A stretch of 64,000 nt of DNA from Anaerolineae bacterium (lineage in GTDB: Bacteria > Chloroflexota > Anaerolineae > B4-G1), in the NCBI GenBank assembly GCA_035531135.1, contig DATKTN010000322.1, positions 458-64,457 on the forward strand. Direction: 5' to 3'. Under the pieces are notes generated by a model. It was given only the letters and a program-made list of their open reading frames with translations, made no database searches and was not told the origin of the DNA. This document shows, piece after piece, positions 1 through 9,064 of the stretch. Both the position numbers and the translations under genes were made by a program. Positions within the stretch are counted from its first letter, which is position 1, and the number at the start of each line of letters is the position of its first letter.

Positions 1-815
1 GACGCCTCGTCGCCCTCGTCGATGTACTTGGCCTCGTAACTGTAGAACTCGCGGCTGGGGATGATCTCGCCCGGCAGCGAGGCGATGGGATCGTCGTTGC
101 CCAGCACGCTGACCTCGATCTCGCGCGCTGCGGGCACGGCCGCCTCGACGAGCAACTTGCGGTCGTACCTGGCCGCCTCGGCCAACCCGGCCGCCAGCCC
201 GGCCCGATCGCGGCACTTGCTGATGCCCACGCTCGAGCCCAGGTTGACCGGCTTGGTAAAGACCGGGTAGCCCAACTGTCGCTCGACGCGGTCCATCACC
301 CCTTTGGGGTCCGCGTCCCACGCCTTGCGCTTGACCACCACCGAATCCACGATGGGCAGGCCGTGGGCCCGCATCACGTCCTTGAAGATGACCTTGTCCA
401 TCCCCACGGCGGAGGCAGTCACGCCGGCCCCCACGTAGGGAATGCCCGCCAGCTCCAGCAAGCCCTGGACCGTGCCATCCTCGCCGTACGGGCCGTGCAG
501 GACGGGAAAGACGACGTCGAGCTCCGCCAGCCGCGTCGCTTCGACCGCCCGCTCGGTGTCCTCGAGCCGCATCAGGCCGCGCCGGGAGGGATCGCCCAGG
601 AGCGCAACCGGCTGGCTCGCGCCGGCGTCGCCCGCCTCCAGCGCCTTCATCGGGTCGCCCGAGGCGACCCAGCGCCCCTCCTTGGTGATGCCGATGGGCA
701 CAATCTCGTACTTTTCCTTGTCGATCGCGTTCATCACCGACCGGGCAGAGGCGAGCGACACCTCGTGCTCCCCCGAACGCCCACCGAATATCACGCCCAC
801 GCAGATCTTGGCCAT
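1..815 (-). CDS. ddl: D-alanine--D-alanine ligase (partial; the C-terminus runs off the window start)
   Basis: The reverse complement of 781-815 encodes [12 protein letters not shown], and the continuing frame reads [37 protein letters not shown], a typical Ddl N-terminus. It is the last gene of the dcw cluster. The ORF track does not list it because it has no stop within the window. Confidence 0.9.
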   Translation of the reverse strand, partial: MAKICVGVIFGGRSGEHEVSLASARSVMNAIDKEKYEIVPIGITKEGRWVASGDPMKALEAGDAGASQPVALLGDPSRRGLMRLEDTERAVEATRLAELDVVFPVLHGPYGEDGTVQGLLELAGIPYVGAGVTASAVGMDKVIFKDVMRAHGLPIVDSVVVKRKAWDADPKGVMDRVERQLGYPVFTKPVNLGSSVGISKCRDRAGLAAGLAEAARYDRKLLVEAAVPAAREIEVSVLGNDDPIASLPGEIIPSREFYSYEAKYIDEGDEA

Positions 816-900
816 TACCCCCCCTTCAGGTAGACTGGGCAACCGGCGCATCGCCATCCGCCAGCAGTACACCAACCTACCAGTCTACGACTCCGCCAAT

Positions 901-1899
901 CTACCAACGTCCCACCAACTCGATCTCCAGCTCCAGTTCCACCCCAAACTGGTGCCTCACCTCGGTGCGCGCGTGCTCGATCAGCGCCAGCACGTCGGCC
1001 GCGGTGGCAGAGCCGGTGTTCATGAAGAAATTGCCGTGCAGCTCCGAAATCTGCGCCCCGCCGACGCGGGTCCCCCGCAGCCCGGCCTGCTCGATGAGAT
1101 AGCCCGCGTGGCTGCCTGGCGGGTTCTTGAAGGTCGAGCCCATCGTCGCCCCGGACGGATGGCGGGTCCTGCGCCACTCCAGGATCTCGTCCGCCCGCAC
1201 CGCCAGCGGTTCCGGGTCCCCCGGCCGCAGTCCAAACGTCGCCGCCAGCACAACATCCCCGCCGTCACTCTGTCCCTCTGCACTTCTGCTCCCCTGCCCC
1301 TCTGCTCCCCTGCTCCCCTGCCCCTCTGCCCCTCTGCTCCGCTGCTCCGCTGCCCGCTTGATCCGGCTCAACCGGTAGTCGAACTCGAACCACTCGTTCG
1401 ACCTCTCGACGACGACGCCGTCCGGCCCCAGGACCGTCGCGCTGCGGAGCACGCTGGCGACGTCGCCCTCGAAAGCGCCCGCGTTGCCCACGACCGCCCC
1501 GCCGACCGCGCCGGGGAGCCCGGCCGCCCACTCCAGTCCCGCCAGCCCACGCTCGACCGCCTCGCGCGCGAGCACGGCCAGCAGCGCGCCCGCCTCGGCC
1601 CACGCTACCCCGGCGGCCGGGTCGAATGTGATGCGCGCCGCCCGGTTGACGATCACCAGCCCGCGCACGCCCCTGTCCGCGACGAGCACGTTGCAGCCGC
1701 CGCCCAGGACCTGCCAGGGCACGTTGTGCCGCCGCGCCCGGTCCACCGCCCCGACGACGTCGTCCGTGCGCTCACACACGATCAGCAGGTCGGCCGGCCC
1801 GCCGACACGCATGGCCGTGTAGCGCGCCAGCGGCTCGTCGCGCCGTGCCCGCGGCCCTAACGCCGCCGCCAGCGCGTCCCAATCAGGGTTAACCGTCAC
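901..1899 (-). CDS. murB: UDP-N-acetylenolpyruvoylglucosamine reductase MurB
   Basis: The ORF 901..1950 contains MurB-like segments ([27 protein letters not shown]...GSTFKNP). The likely start is the GTG at 1899, preceded by GAGGAGG; the ATG at 1950 would overlap murC by 60 nt. The gene carries an internal in-frame low-complexity insertion, RGAEGQGS repeated three times. Confidence 0.8.
   Translation of the reverse strand: MTVNPDWDALAAALGPRARRDEPLARYTAMRVGGPADLLIVCERTDDVVGAVDRARRHNVPWQVLGGGCNVLVADRGVRGLVIVNRAARITFDPAAGVAWAEAGALLAVLAREAVERGLAGLEWAAGLPGAVGGAVVGNAGAFEGDVASVLRSATVLGPDGVVVERSNEWFEFDYRLSRIKRAAEQRSRGAEGQGSRGAEGQGSRSAEGQSDGGDVVLAATFGLRPGDPEPLAVRADEILEWRRTRHPSGATMGSTFKNPPGSHAGYLIEQAGLRGTRVGGAQISELHGNFFMNTGSATAADVLALIEHARTEVRHQFGVELELEIELVGRW
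1268..1352. repeat. Tandem 8-nt (24-nt period) repeat CYCCYCTG, about 9 copies, lying in-frame inside murB
   Basis: The run ctctgctcccctgcccctctgctcccctgctcccctgcccctctgcccctctgctccgctgctccgctgccc encodes [16 protein letters not shown] repeats on the minus strand. Confidence 0.85.
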
Positions 1900-3280
1900 A
1901 TTCCTCCTCACCCAGCACTTCCAACACCCACTCCCCCACCCGATACCCATCGCCCGCGCCCAGCGTCAGCACGACGTCGCCGGACCGCAGCTCGGTGCCC
2001 AGCCAGACGACCGCCTCGTCGAGCGACCGAGCACAGCGGGCGTCAGGATGCTGCATCACGGCCACCACGTCACCGCTGCTGACACCGAGCGTGTCCGTCT
2101 CGCGGGCGGCGTAGATCGGCAACACGACGACGTGATCGGCCGCGGCGAACGCCTGGGCAAAGTCTGCCAGCAGCGCCGCCGTGCGGCTGTAGGTGTGCGG
2201 CTGCCAGACCGCCCACAGCGAGCGGCCGGGGAAGCGATCCCGCGCCGCCCGGAGCGTGGTCCGAATCTCCGTCGGATGATGGGCATAGTCGTCGATCACG
2301 ACGACGCCGTCGGCCTCGCCCTTGACCTCGAAACGCCGCCCGACGCCGCGGAACTCTCTCAGCGCATCTCTCGCTACACGAAAGGGAACGCCGAGAAAAT
2401 CCGCCACCGCCAGCGCCCCCGTCGCATTGGAGGCGTTGTGCGCCCCGGGCACGCGCAGCCGCACCAGCCCCAACACCTGCCCCTCGCGCGTCGCCAGGAA
2501 GTCGACGCCCCCGGCAAAGTTGGGCCGCACCTCCTCCGCCCGCAGCTCCGCCCCCTGGCCCAATCCAAAGAACGTCACCGCCGCCCCCTCGGCCCGCCGT
2601 CGCTCGCCCAGTTCCCGCGCCACCGGGTCGTCCCAACAGACCGCCAGGAGCCCTTCGCGTGGCACGGACGCCGCAAACTGCTCGAACGCGGCCCGAAAAT
2701 CGGCAAACGTCGGATAGCAGTCCGGGTGGTCGTGCTCGACGTTCGTCACCACCGCCGCCGTCGGCTTCAGGCTGAGAAACGTACGGTCGTACTCGTCCGC
2801 CTCGACGACGAAAAGCGGCCCCTCTCCCGCGCGGGCGTTCGTCCCCAACCCGGCGATCACGCCACCGACGACGAACGTCGGATCGCGCCCCGCCCCCAGC
2901 AGGACGGAGGCGATCATCGCCGTCGTCGTCGTCTTGCCGTGCGTGCCGGCTACCGCGACCCCCACCCGCCCGTCCATCATGCGGCCGAGAAACTCTGGGC
3001 GCTTCAAGACCGGGATGCCAGCCGCCCGCGCCGCCTGCACCTCGACGTTGGACGCAGCCACCGCCGAGGACACGACGACCACCTCGGCGCCGGCCACGTT
3101 CTCCGCCCGGTGCCCGGCGAAGACGCGGGCGCCGTCGCGGGCCAGCGCCTCCGCGACCGGCGAAAGCACCAGGTCGGAGCCGGAGACCTCCGTCCCCTGC
3201 TGCATCAGCACGCGGGCGATGGCCGAGAGGCCAGCCCCACCGATGCCGACAAAGTGCACGTGCATGTCCCGAAACTGCAT
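1889..3280 (-). CDS. murC: UDP-N-acetylmuramate--L-alanine ligase MurC
   Basis: The start MQFRDMHVHFVGIGGAGLSAIA (ATG at 3280) is the canonical MurC N-terminus. Mur ligase motifs are present (GTHGKTTTTAMIA, DEYDRTF). The 5' extension of the ORF out to 3814 is spurious and overlaps the next gene. Confidence 0.9.
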   Translation of the reverse strand: MQFRDMHVHFVGIGGAGLSAIARVLMQQGTEVSGSDLVLSPVAEALARDGARVFAGHRAENVAGAEVVVVSSAVAASNVEVQAARAAGIPVLKRPEFLGRMMDGRVGVAVAGTHGKTTTTAMIASVLLGAGRDPTFVVGGVIAGLGTNARAGEGPLFVVEADEYDRTFLSLKPTAAVVTNVEHDHPDCYPTFADFRAAFEQFAASVPREGLLAVCWDDPVARELGERRRAEGAAVTFFGLGQGAELRAEEVRPNFAGGVDFLATREGQVLGLVRLRVPGAHNASNATGALAVADFLGVPFRVARDALREFRGVGRRFEVKGEADGVVVIDDYAHHPTEIRTTLRAARDRFPGRSLWAVWQPHTYSRTAALLADFAQAFAAADHVVVLPIYAARETDTLGVSSGDVVAVMQHPDARCARSLDEAVVWLGTELRSGDVVLTLGAGDGYRVGEWVLEVLGEEECDG

Positions 3281-3315
3281 GATCACCCTACGATAGACTC
3301 TGGCTACTCCAGCCG

Positions 3316-3882
3316 TCAGATGAACACGATGATGATAAAGACGAACGCCAAGGCGATCAGCACGTAGAGCTCCGGCACCGTGAGCCAGATCGGCACCAGG
3401 TAGCTGTTGGCGATGGTCCAGGCGGCCGTGTCCAGGGCCGGCGCCGTGATTCCCCCGAACGCATAATTCGACCTGTGGGCATAAAACCACAGCGTCCCGA
3501 TGACCAGGTACCCGTTGAGAATGCCCAGGAAGAAACCGAGCAGCGCATCCTGCAACCGCTCGCGGGCCGCCTTGCTCCCAACCCGCCCGACCAGCGTCGG
3601 GCTCGCGTAGCCAAAAAAGGTCAACAACAGCAGCAACACCGCGCAGACATAGAATTGGGTAGGCGAGTACGTTCCCGGAGGAGCAGCTTGGCCAGGGACC
3701 TCCAGAAGCATCGGCAGATAGGGATTGGCCGGCCCCAGGACGTATTGCCCGAATACCTGCTGAATAAACATGGCCAGAAAGACACTGGAGGTGACCAGGA
3801 TCTCCTTGGCCCAACCGCGCAGGGCGCCGATCGTCCCAAACAGAAAGACCAACCCCCAGAAGACTGTGTTGAGAGGGATCAT
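3316..3882 (-). CDS. CvpA-family-like polytopic membrane protein
   Basis: 188 aa with four hydrophobic helices. The N-terminal pattern FGTIGALRGWAKEIL resembles the CvpA consensus G.IGA.RG...E. It sits between murG and murC. Confidence 0.45.
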   Translation of the reverse strand: MIPLNTVFWGLVFLFGTIGALRGWAKEILVTSSVFLAMFIQQVFGQYVLGPANPYLPMLLEVPGQAAPPGTYSPTQFYVCAVLLLLLTFFGYASPTLVGRVGSKAARERLQDALLGFFLGILNGYLVIGTLWFYAHRSNYAFGGITAPALDTAAWTIANSYLVPIWLTVPELYVLIALAFVFIIIVFI

Positions 3883-3894
3883 CTCAGGCTCTCC

Positions 3895-5019
3895 TCATCG
3901 CTCGGCCAAAGCGCATAGCTCCGCCGCCAGCCTCGTCGCCGCATCCGGCCGGGCCAGCGCCCGCATGCGCTCTCGCATATCGCTCAACCTGCCCCGGTCT
4001 TTGAGCAACCGGCGGAGCGTGGGCAGCAACTCCCCAGGCAACTGTTCGTCGTCAAGCCGCACCGCCGCCCCCCGTCCGACGAGCCAGTCGGCGTTGACCC
4101 GCTGGTAGCGCCAGGCGTGCGGGTACGGCACCAACACCGCGGGCAGTCCAAAGAACGGCAACTCGCCCAGCGTCGAGGCCCCCGCCCGGCACAGCGCCAG
4201 GTCAGCGGCCGCCAGCGCGCACCCCATCTCCTCGTGCAGATAGGGGAACGCGTGATAGCGGGCCTTTAGCGCCGCCGGCAGCGCCGCACGTCGCTCCGCC
4301 ACCCACGGCCAGTCCAGTTCCCCGCTCACGTGCACCACGTGCGCCAGCTCCAGCACCTGCTCCAGCACGCCGTCCAGTGCCTGGTTGATGCTGCGCGCCC
4401 CCCGGCTTCCCCCCATCACCAGCAGCACCGGGACTTTAGCGCTCACGGCCAAGCCGTCGTCGGGTACCAATCCCAACGAGTCCCTCGCCCGGGTCCGATC
4501 GAGCCCGTCGAACTCGGCCCGCACCGGGTAGCCGGTCACCACCACCTTGCGCGCCGGGAAGTAGGATCGCGAATCCTCGACCGTCACCGCCACCCGCGCC
4601 GCCAGCCGGGCGATGGCGCGCACCGCCAGGCCGGGCTCAATGTCGGGCAGGTAAACCAGGATGGGCACACCCAGTGCCCGGGCTGCCAACGCGACCGGTA
4701 TGCTGGCATATCCTCCGGTCGCGAACAGCGCCGCCGGCCGCTCCCGACGGCCCAACCGGCACGCGGCCCCCCATCCCTGCGTCAGCTTGACCAGGTTCCA
4801 CATCACCCGCCAGGGAGCCAATCCGTGCACCCCACCCGCCGGCACCGCCACGAAGCGCAGGCCAGCCCGCGCGACCAGCCGCTCCTCCACGCCCCCGGCC
4901 CCGCCGACGTACAGAACCCGCGGCGCACCGGGATCAGCGGCCAGTGCCTGCGCGACGGCCAGACCGGGATAGACGTGTCCCCCGGTTCCCCCACCTGCGA
5001 TCCAGACTTGCACGCTCAC
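3895..5019 (-). CDS. murG: Undecaprenyl-PP-MurNAc-pentapeptide-UDP-GlcNAc GlcNAc transferase MurG
   Basis: The N-terminus (GTG start) VSVQVWIAGGGTGGHVYPGLAVAQAL is the canonical MurG G-rich loop. The RBS caGGAGaatc precedes it. Confidence 0.9.
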   Translation of the reverse strand: MSVQVWIAGGGTGGHVYPGLAVAQALAADPGAPRVLYVGGAGGVEERLVARAGLRFVAVPAGGVHGLAPWRVMWNLVKLTQGWGAACRLGRRERPAALFATGGYASIPVALAARALGVPILVYLPDIEPGLAVRAIARLAARVAVTVEDSRSYFPARKVVVTGYPVRAEFDGLDRTRARDSLGLVPDDGLAVSAKVPVLLVMGGSRGARSINQALDGVLEQVLELAHVVHVSGELDWPWVAERRAALPAALKARYHAFPYLHEEMGCALAAADLALCRAGASTLGELPFFGLPAVLVPYPHAWRYQRVNADWLVGRGAAVRLDDEQLPGELLPTLRRLLKDRGRLSDMRERMRALARPDAATRLAAELCALAER

Positions 5020-6199
5020 GATTCTCCTGGCGGGTACGGGAACCCGCCCTACTCTTCCGCTTTCTCACCTGCCTGCCGCGCGAGATGCTGAGCAACACCC
5101 CCACACCGGTCAGCGAAACCACCATCGCGGAGCCACCAGAACTGATGAAGGGCAGCGCGACACCGGTAAAGGGGATCAGCCCCGTCATGACGGCAACGTT
5201 GACCATCGCCTGGATCGTCAGCCAACAAGTGACGCCGCACGCCAGGAGCGCGGCGAAGGCATCCGGGGCTTTCAACGCGATCTTGAAGCCACGCCAGGCC
5301 AGGAGGCCAAACAGGCCGATCACGACCAGGCAGCCCACGAAGCCCAGCTCCTCGCCCAGCACGGCAAAGATACTGTCCGTGTGGGGAGCCGGCAGATAGC
5401 CCAGCTTCTGCTGCCCCTGGCCCAACCCCACGCCGAACAGCCCCCCGCTGCCCAATGCCATCAGCACTTGCTGGATGTGATACCCGACAAGCCTGGGATC
5501 GTGCCAGACGAGCAGATACTCGTCAATGCGTTGTCTGGCGTGGGGCAGTTGGTTGATCAGCAGGTAAAACGTGACGCCACCGACAGCGCCACCAACGGCC
5601 AGTTGGAGGATGTCGGCGCCAGCGAAGAAGAACATCGCCAGCGAGGTCAGCGCGACCAACGTCGCCGTGCTCACGTCCGGTTGTATCACGATCAGGCCAG
5701 CAACCCCGCCGATCAGCACGGCAAATGGGATCAGCCCGTAGGTCAAGTCGCGAATCTGCTCACCCCTGGAGGCCAGCCAGGCCGCGACGTAGATCACCAT
5801 CGCCAGCTTCGCCAGCTCACCCGGCTGGATCGAACCGTTGAGAAAGGTGCGTCGCGCGCCGAAACGATCCTCCCCCACGAAAAGCACCAGGACCAGCAGC
5901 ACGAGCGTTCCGCCCATCACCGGCACCGCCAACTGCTGCCAACGCTCGTAAGGCACGGCCGCGACCATCACCAGCACGACCACGCCCAGGCCGACCCAGA
6001 GGAACTGCCGCGACGCAATGTGAAAGCTATTCTGATACACCTGATACGACCAATCGAAGGTGGCGCTGTAGACCATCATCAACCCGACGATGACCAACCC
6101 GGCTACGACGAGCGCCAGCACATAGTCGGGGCCAGCGTGCGCCCGCTTGGACCGTGCTACCGGTTGTGCCCTCTCCCGTGCTCTTGCTCCTGCCGCCAT
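4934..6199 (-). CDS. ftsW: FtsW/RodA/SpoVE-family peptidoglycan glycosyltransferase (SEDS)
   Basis: 421-aa polytopic membrane protein with SEDS-like segments, in the dcw position between murD and murG. An AGGAGAG RBS precedes the ATG at 6199. Confidence 0.8.
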   Translation of the reverse strand: MAAGARARERAQPVARSKRAHAGPDYVLALVVAGLVIVGLMMVYSATFDWSYQVYQNSFHIASRQFLWVGLGVVVLVMVAAVPYERWQQLAVPVMGGTLVLLVLVLFVGEDRFGARRTFLNGSIQPGELAKLAMVIYVAAWLASRGEQIRDLTYGLIPFAVLIGGVAGLIVIQPDVSTATLVALTSLAMFFFAGADILQLAVGGAVGGVTFYLLINQLPHARQRIDEYLLVWHDPRLVGYHIQQVLMALGSGGLFGVGLGQGQQKLGYLPAPHTDSIFAVLGEELGFVGCLVVIGLFGLLAWRGFKIALKAPDAFAALLACGVTCWLTIQAMVNVAVMTGLIPFTGVALPFISSGGSAMVVSLTGVGVLLSISRGRQVRKRKSRAGSRTRQENRERASLDRRWGNRGTRLSRSGRRAGTGR

Positions 6200-6220
6200 C
6201 CTCTCCTACCCCCTAGCCCG

Positions 6221-7699
6221 CTAGCCGATGCCTGGCAACTGCTGAACCAGCTCCTTGAACCGATCCCCACGGTGGGCAAAGTCGCGGAAAGCGTCAAAGC
6301 TGGTACCTCCAGGCGAAAGCAGCACCACTTCACCAGGCCGGGCCAACCGGGCGGCTGCCTCCACCGCCTCCTCCAGCGTCTCCACCCGGGTAATCCCGTC
6401 CAACTCTACTTCCTGCTTCCCGCTTCCTGCTTCCTGCTCCCTGCTTCCCACTTCCTGCTTCCCTGCTAACCTCGCCTCGACGATCTCCGCGATCATCGGC
6501 CCGGCTTCACCGAACGTCACCAGACGCCGCACCCTTCGAACCGCTTGGTCGGCAAGCTCCTCCCAGGGCAGGTTCTTGTCCCGCCCACCGGCGAGGAGCA
6601 CGATCGGCTCCTCAAACGAACGCAGCGCCGCCAGCGATCGCTCGGGGGCCGTGGCGATCGAATCGTCGTACCAGCTTGCGCCGTTCCATTCGCGCACCAG
6701 CTCCAGCCGGTGTTCGACGCCGGTGAAGGTCGTGGCGACCTGCCGCATCGCCTCGACCGGCACGCCAGCCACGCCGGCCAGCACACACGCCGCCAGCACG
6801 TTCAGCAGGTTATGTCGCCCCCGCAGCCGCACCTCCGAGGCCTGACAGATCATGCGATCCACGTCCCCCTGCGATGGGCTCGGACCATCGCTCAACCGCA
6901 GCGTCAACTCGCCGTTCGTCTTGAACGCCCCCTCGTCCACCTCGGCCCCGACGCTGAACCAGAGCAGGTGTGCCGCCGTCTCCAGCGCCAGCGACCGGGC
7001 GTTGGCGTCGCCGTAGCCCAGGAGCGCGAAATCCTCCGGCCGCTGGTGGGCGACGATGTTTCGCTTGGCGGCGACGTACGCCTCCATCGTCTTGTGCCGG
7101 TCCAGGTGATTGGGCGTGACGTTGAGCACCGCCGCGACGTGCGGGCTCGCCGTCATCACCTCCAGTTGAAAACTGGAGAGCTCCATCACCACCCAATCGG
7201 TGGGACCGATCCGGTCCAGATCAGCGATCAGCGGATTGCCGATGTTACCGCCCACCCAGGTGCACATGCCCGCCGCACGGCACATCTCCCCCACGAGTGC
7301 TGTCGTCGTCGTCTTGCCGGCTGAGCCGGTGATGCCGATGACCGGGGCCGGGCAGCGCTCCAGGAAAAGCTGCGCGTCGTTGCTCAGCGGGATGGAGCGT
7401 CGCTGGGCCTCTGCGATGATGGGAGCCTCCACCGGCACCCCGCCGCTGAGGCACAACAGATCGGTCCGATCCAGCAGGCTGAACGGGTGTTCACCCAGCA
7501 CGTAGCGGATGGGCAGCCCTGCAAGCTCCGCCAGCCGGTCAGCCAGCGCCGCCTCCCCCCGCAGGTCAGAGACCGTCACCTCGGCCCCAGCCTGCGCCAG
7601 GAAGTGCGCCAGCGCCGTCCCCTGCCGCGCCAGGCCCAGGATCAAGACTCGTTTGCCAGCCAGTTCCAACTCTCGCATCTGAACGTCGCCACTCATCAT
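6221..7699 (-). CDS. murD: UDP-N-acetylmuramoylalanine--D-glutamate ligase MurD
   Basis: The N-terminus KRVLILGLARQGTALAHFLAQAGAEVTVSD is the Rossmann-like MurD start. GITGSAGKTTT is the Mur ligase P-loop. The C-terminal third carries an in-frame QEAGSGKQEV low-complexity insertion. Confidence 0.9.
   Translation of the reverse strand: MMSGDVQMRELELAGKRVLILGLARQGTALAHFLAQAGAEVTVSDLRGEAALADRLAELAGLPIRYVLGEHPFSLLDRTDLLCLSGGVPVEAPIIAEAQRRSIPLSNDAQLFLERCPAPVIGITGSAGKTTTTALVGEMCRAAGMCTWVGGNIGNPLIADLDRIGPTDWVVMELSSFQLEVMTASPHVAAVLNVTPNHLDRHKTMEAYVAAKRNIVAHQRPEDFALLGYGDANARSLALETAAHLLWFSVGAEVDEGAFKTNGELTLRLSDGPSPSQGDVDRMICQASEVRLRGRHNLLNVLAACVLAGVAGVPVEAMRQVATTFTGVEHRLELVREWNGASWYDDSIATAPERSLAALRSFEEPIVLLAGGRDKNLPWEELADQAVRRVRRLVTFGEAGPMIAEIVEARLAGKQEVGSREQEAGSGKQEVELDGITRVETLEEAVEAAARLARPGEVVLLSPGGTSFDAFRDFAHRGDRFKELVQQLPGIG
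6409..6465. repeat. Tandem heptamer repeat CTTCCTG (8 copies, some degenerate), lying in-frame inside murD
   Basis: The run cttcctg cttcccg cttcctg cttcctg ctccctg cttccca cttcctg cttccct encodes GKQEVGSREQEAGSGKQEV on the minus strand. Confidence 0.9.
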
Positions 7700-7965
7700 T
7701 GGGATTTGAGATTCGAGATTCGAGTTTTGTCCTCAGCCACCCCGAGCCAGAAGTGGTGCGGCAGCACCGAGCGGCCGGGGCGGATCTCCACCCCACCCGC
7801 TTTCTTCACCGGCCGTTTCCCGTTCCCACCGAGGGCGCTGGGATGGACGAAGCACAGGTCGGGCAATCGCCCGTACTTGTGCTCATAGTGCGTCACCGCT
7901 CGCAGCACCTTCTGCTCCAGCTCCCGGCAGGGATCGTCGTCAAACCACAAGAGTCCAACCTTCAT
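7696..7965 (-). CDS. Hypothetical 89-aa protein embedded in the dcw operon
   Basis: The protein starts MKVGLLWFDDDPCRELEQKVLRAVTHYEHKYGRLPDLCFVHPS. Third-codon positions are GC-rich, like the host genes. Its stop TGA overlaps the murD ATG in an ATGA arrangement, indicating translational coupling. Its last 7 codons are encoded by a GAGATTC heptamer repeat. Confidence 0.6.
   Translation of the reverse strand: MKVGLLWFDDDPCRELEQKVLRAVTHYEHKYGRLPDLCFVHPSALGGNGKRPVKKAGGVEIRPGRSVLPHHFWLGVAEDKTRISNLKSQ
7704..7731. repeat. Tandem heptamer repeat GATTCGA/GAGATTC (about 4 copies)
   Basis: The run gatttga gattcga gattcga gttttgt forms the 3' end of the small ORF, immediately upstream of the murD start. 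Confidence 0.8.
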
Positions 7966-7983
7966 CCTTCGTCTCCAGAAATC

Positions 7984-8038
7984 ACGCATTGCGCATCACG
8001 TATTACGTACTACGTATTACGTGTTGCGTGCTCCGCAA
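7984..8038. repeat. Tandem heptamer repeat ACGTATT (about 8 copies, degenerate at the ends), intergenic
   Basis: The run acgcatt gcgcatc acgtatt acgtact acgtatt acgtgtt gcgtgct ccgcaac lies between the mraY stop and the small-ORF start. Confidence 0.85.
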
Positions 8039-8056
8039 CGGACACCACGGCACGCC

Positions 8057-9064
8057 TTACCAAAGCGCCAGTGCGACGCCGGCCATCACCGCCAGCAACT
8101 CGACCAGCCAGAAGCGCTGCACCACCTGTGTCTCCGACCAGCCCAGGAGTTCAAAGTGATAATGGAGCGGGCTCATCTTAAAGATCCGCCGCCCCTGGCC
8201 AAACCTGCGCTTGGTGTACTGAAAGTAGAGCACCTGCAAAGCGACCGACACCGTCTCGGCCACCGGAACCAGCGCCACCAACGGCAACAGCAACCACTGG
8301 CCGGTCATCAGCGCCACCGTCCCCAACGTCGCTCCCAGCGCCAGGCTGCCCGTATCGCCCATGAACATCTGCGCCGGGTGGGCGTTGTACCACAGGAAGG
8401 CAAAGCACGCACCCACGACCGTGAAACAGAAATGCACCAGGTACACCTGCCCCTGCAACAAGGCGATCACGCCGTAGCCGGCGAAGGCACTGGCGACGAT
8501 GATGCCCGCCAGGCCGTCCATCCCGTCAGTCAGGTTGACCGCGTTGGCCGAGCTCAATATCACAAACGCCGCCAGGGGCACCCACGCCCAGCCCAGGTCC
8601 ACCGCCCGGCGCACCCCTGGCACGCCCACCTGGCCCGCAAACTGGGCGCGCATCACGAGCATGGCGAGCGCGACTCCCAGACTCAGCAGTATCTCCCACA
8701 CGATCTTGCGCCGCGCCGGATATCCCTCGCCGTCCCGCATCCCGCGCACCCCGGCGATGTCGTCCAAAGCGCCGATGAGCGCGTAGGCCACCATCACCCC
8801 CAGCGGCACCAGGATCGAGCGCCCGATCACCGTCTGTCCCGCCAGGTTATAGATGTTGAGCGCGATCGTGATCAGCACCACCGGCACGACGACGATCAGC
8901 CCGCCCATCGTGGGGGTGCCCAACTTGGTCTGGTGGCCCCGGGGCAAGTCGATGCGAATGCGCTTGCCGACGCCGTAACGGCGCAGGATGCGGATGAGAA
9001 GCGGGCCCCACACGACGGCCAGCAGGAAGGAGATGCTCGCCAGAATCAACGCAAAGTCCATCAC
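8057..9064 (-). CDS. mraY: Phospho-N-acetylmuramoyl-pentapeptide transferase MraY
   Basis: 335-aa polytopic membrane protein with MraY-like segments (NAVNLTDGMDGLA, FMGDTGSLALG), in the dcw position. It overlaps murF by 4 nt. Confidence 0.9.
   Translation of the reverse strand: MMDFALILASISFLLAVVWGPLLIRILRRYGVGKRIRIDLPRGHQTKLGTPTMGGLIVVVPVVLITIALNIYNLAGQTVIGRSILVPLGVMVAYALIGALDDIAGVRGMRDGEGYPARRKIVWEILLSLGVALAMLVMRAQFAGQVGVPGVRRAVDLGWAWVPLAAFVILSSANAVNLTDGMDGLAGIIVASAFAGYGVIALLQGQVYLVHFCFTVVGACFAFLWYNAHPAQMFMGDTGSLALGATLGTVALMTGQWLLLPLVALVPVAETVSVALQVLYFQYTKRRFGQGRRIFKMSPLHYHFELLGWSETQVVQRFWLVELLAVMAGVALALW

Noticed and set aside
1268-1352. Whether the short tandem repeats could be CRISPR arrays
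   Set aside because: Repeat units are 7-8 nt with no unique spacers of 25-40 nt and no cas genes. They are microsatellite-like STRs, not CRISPR.
442-1860. 472-aa plus-strand ORF spanning ddl and murB, and the 439-aa plus-strand ORF opposite murC (2048-3367)
   Set aside because: Each crosses a gene boundary on the opposite strand of clearly identified Mur/Ddl genes. Their Pro/Arg/Ser/Ala-rich composition has no motifs.
3316-3882. Calling the membrane protein between murG and murC FtsQ/DivIB
   Set aside because: FtsQ is bitopic with a large periplasmic POTRA domain. This protein is polytopic with four helices and a CvpA-like N-terminal motif.
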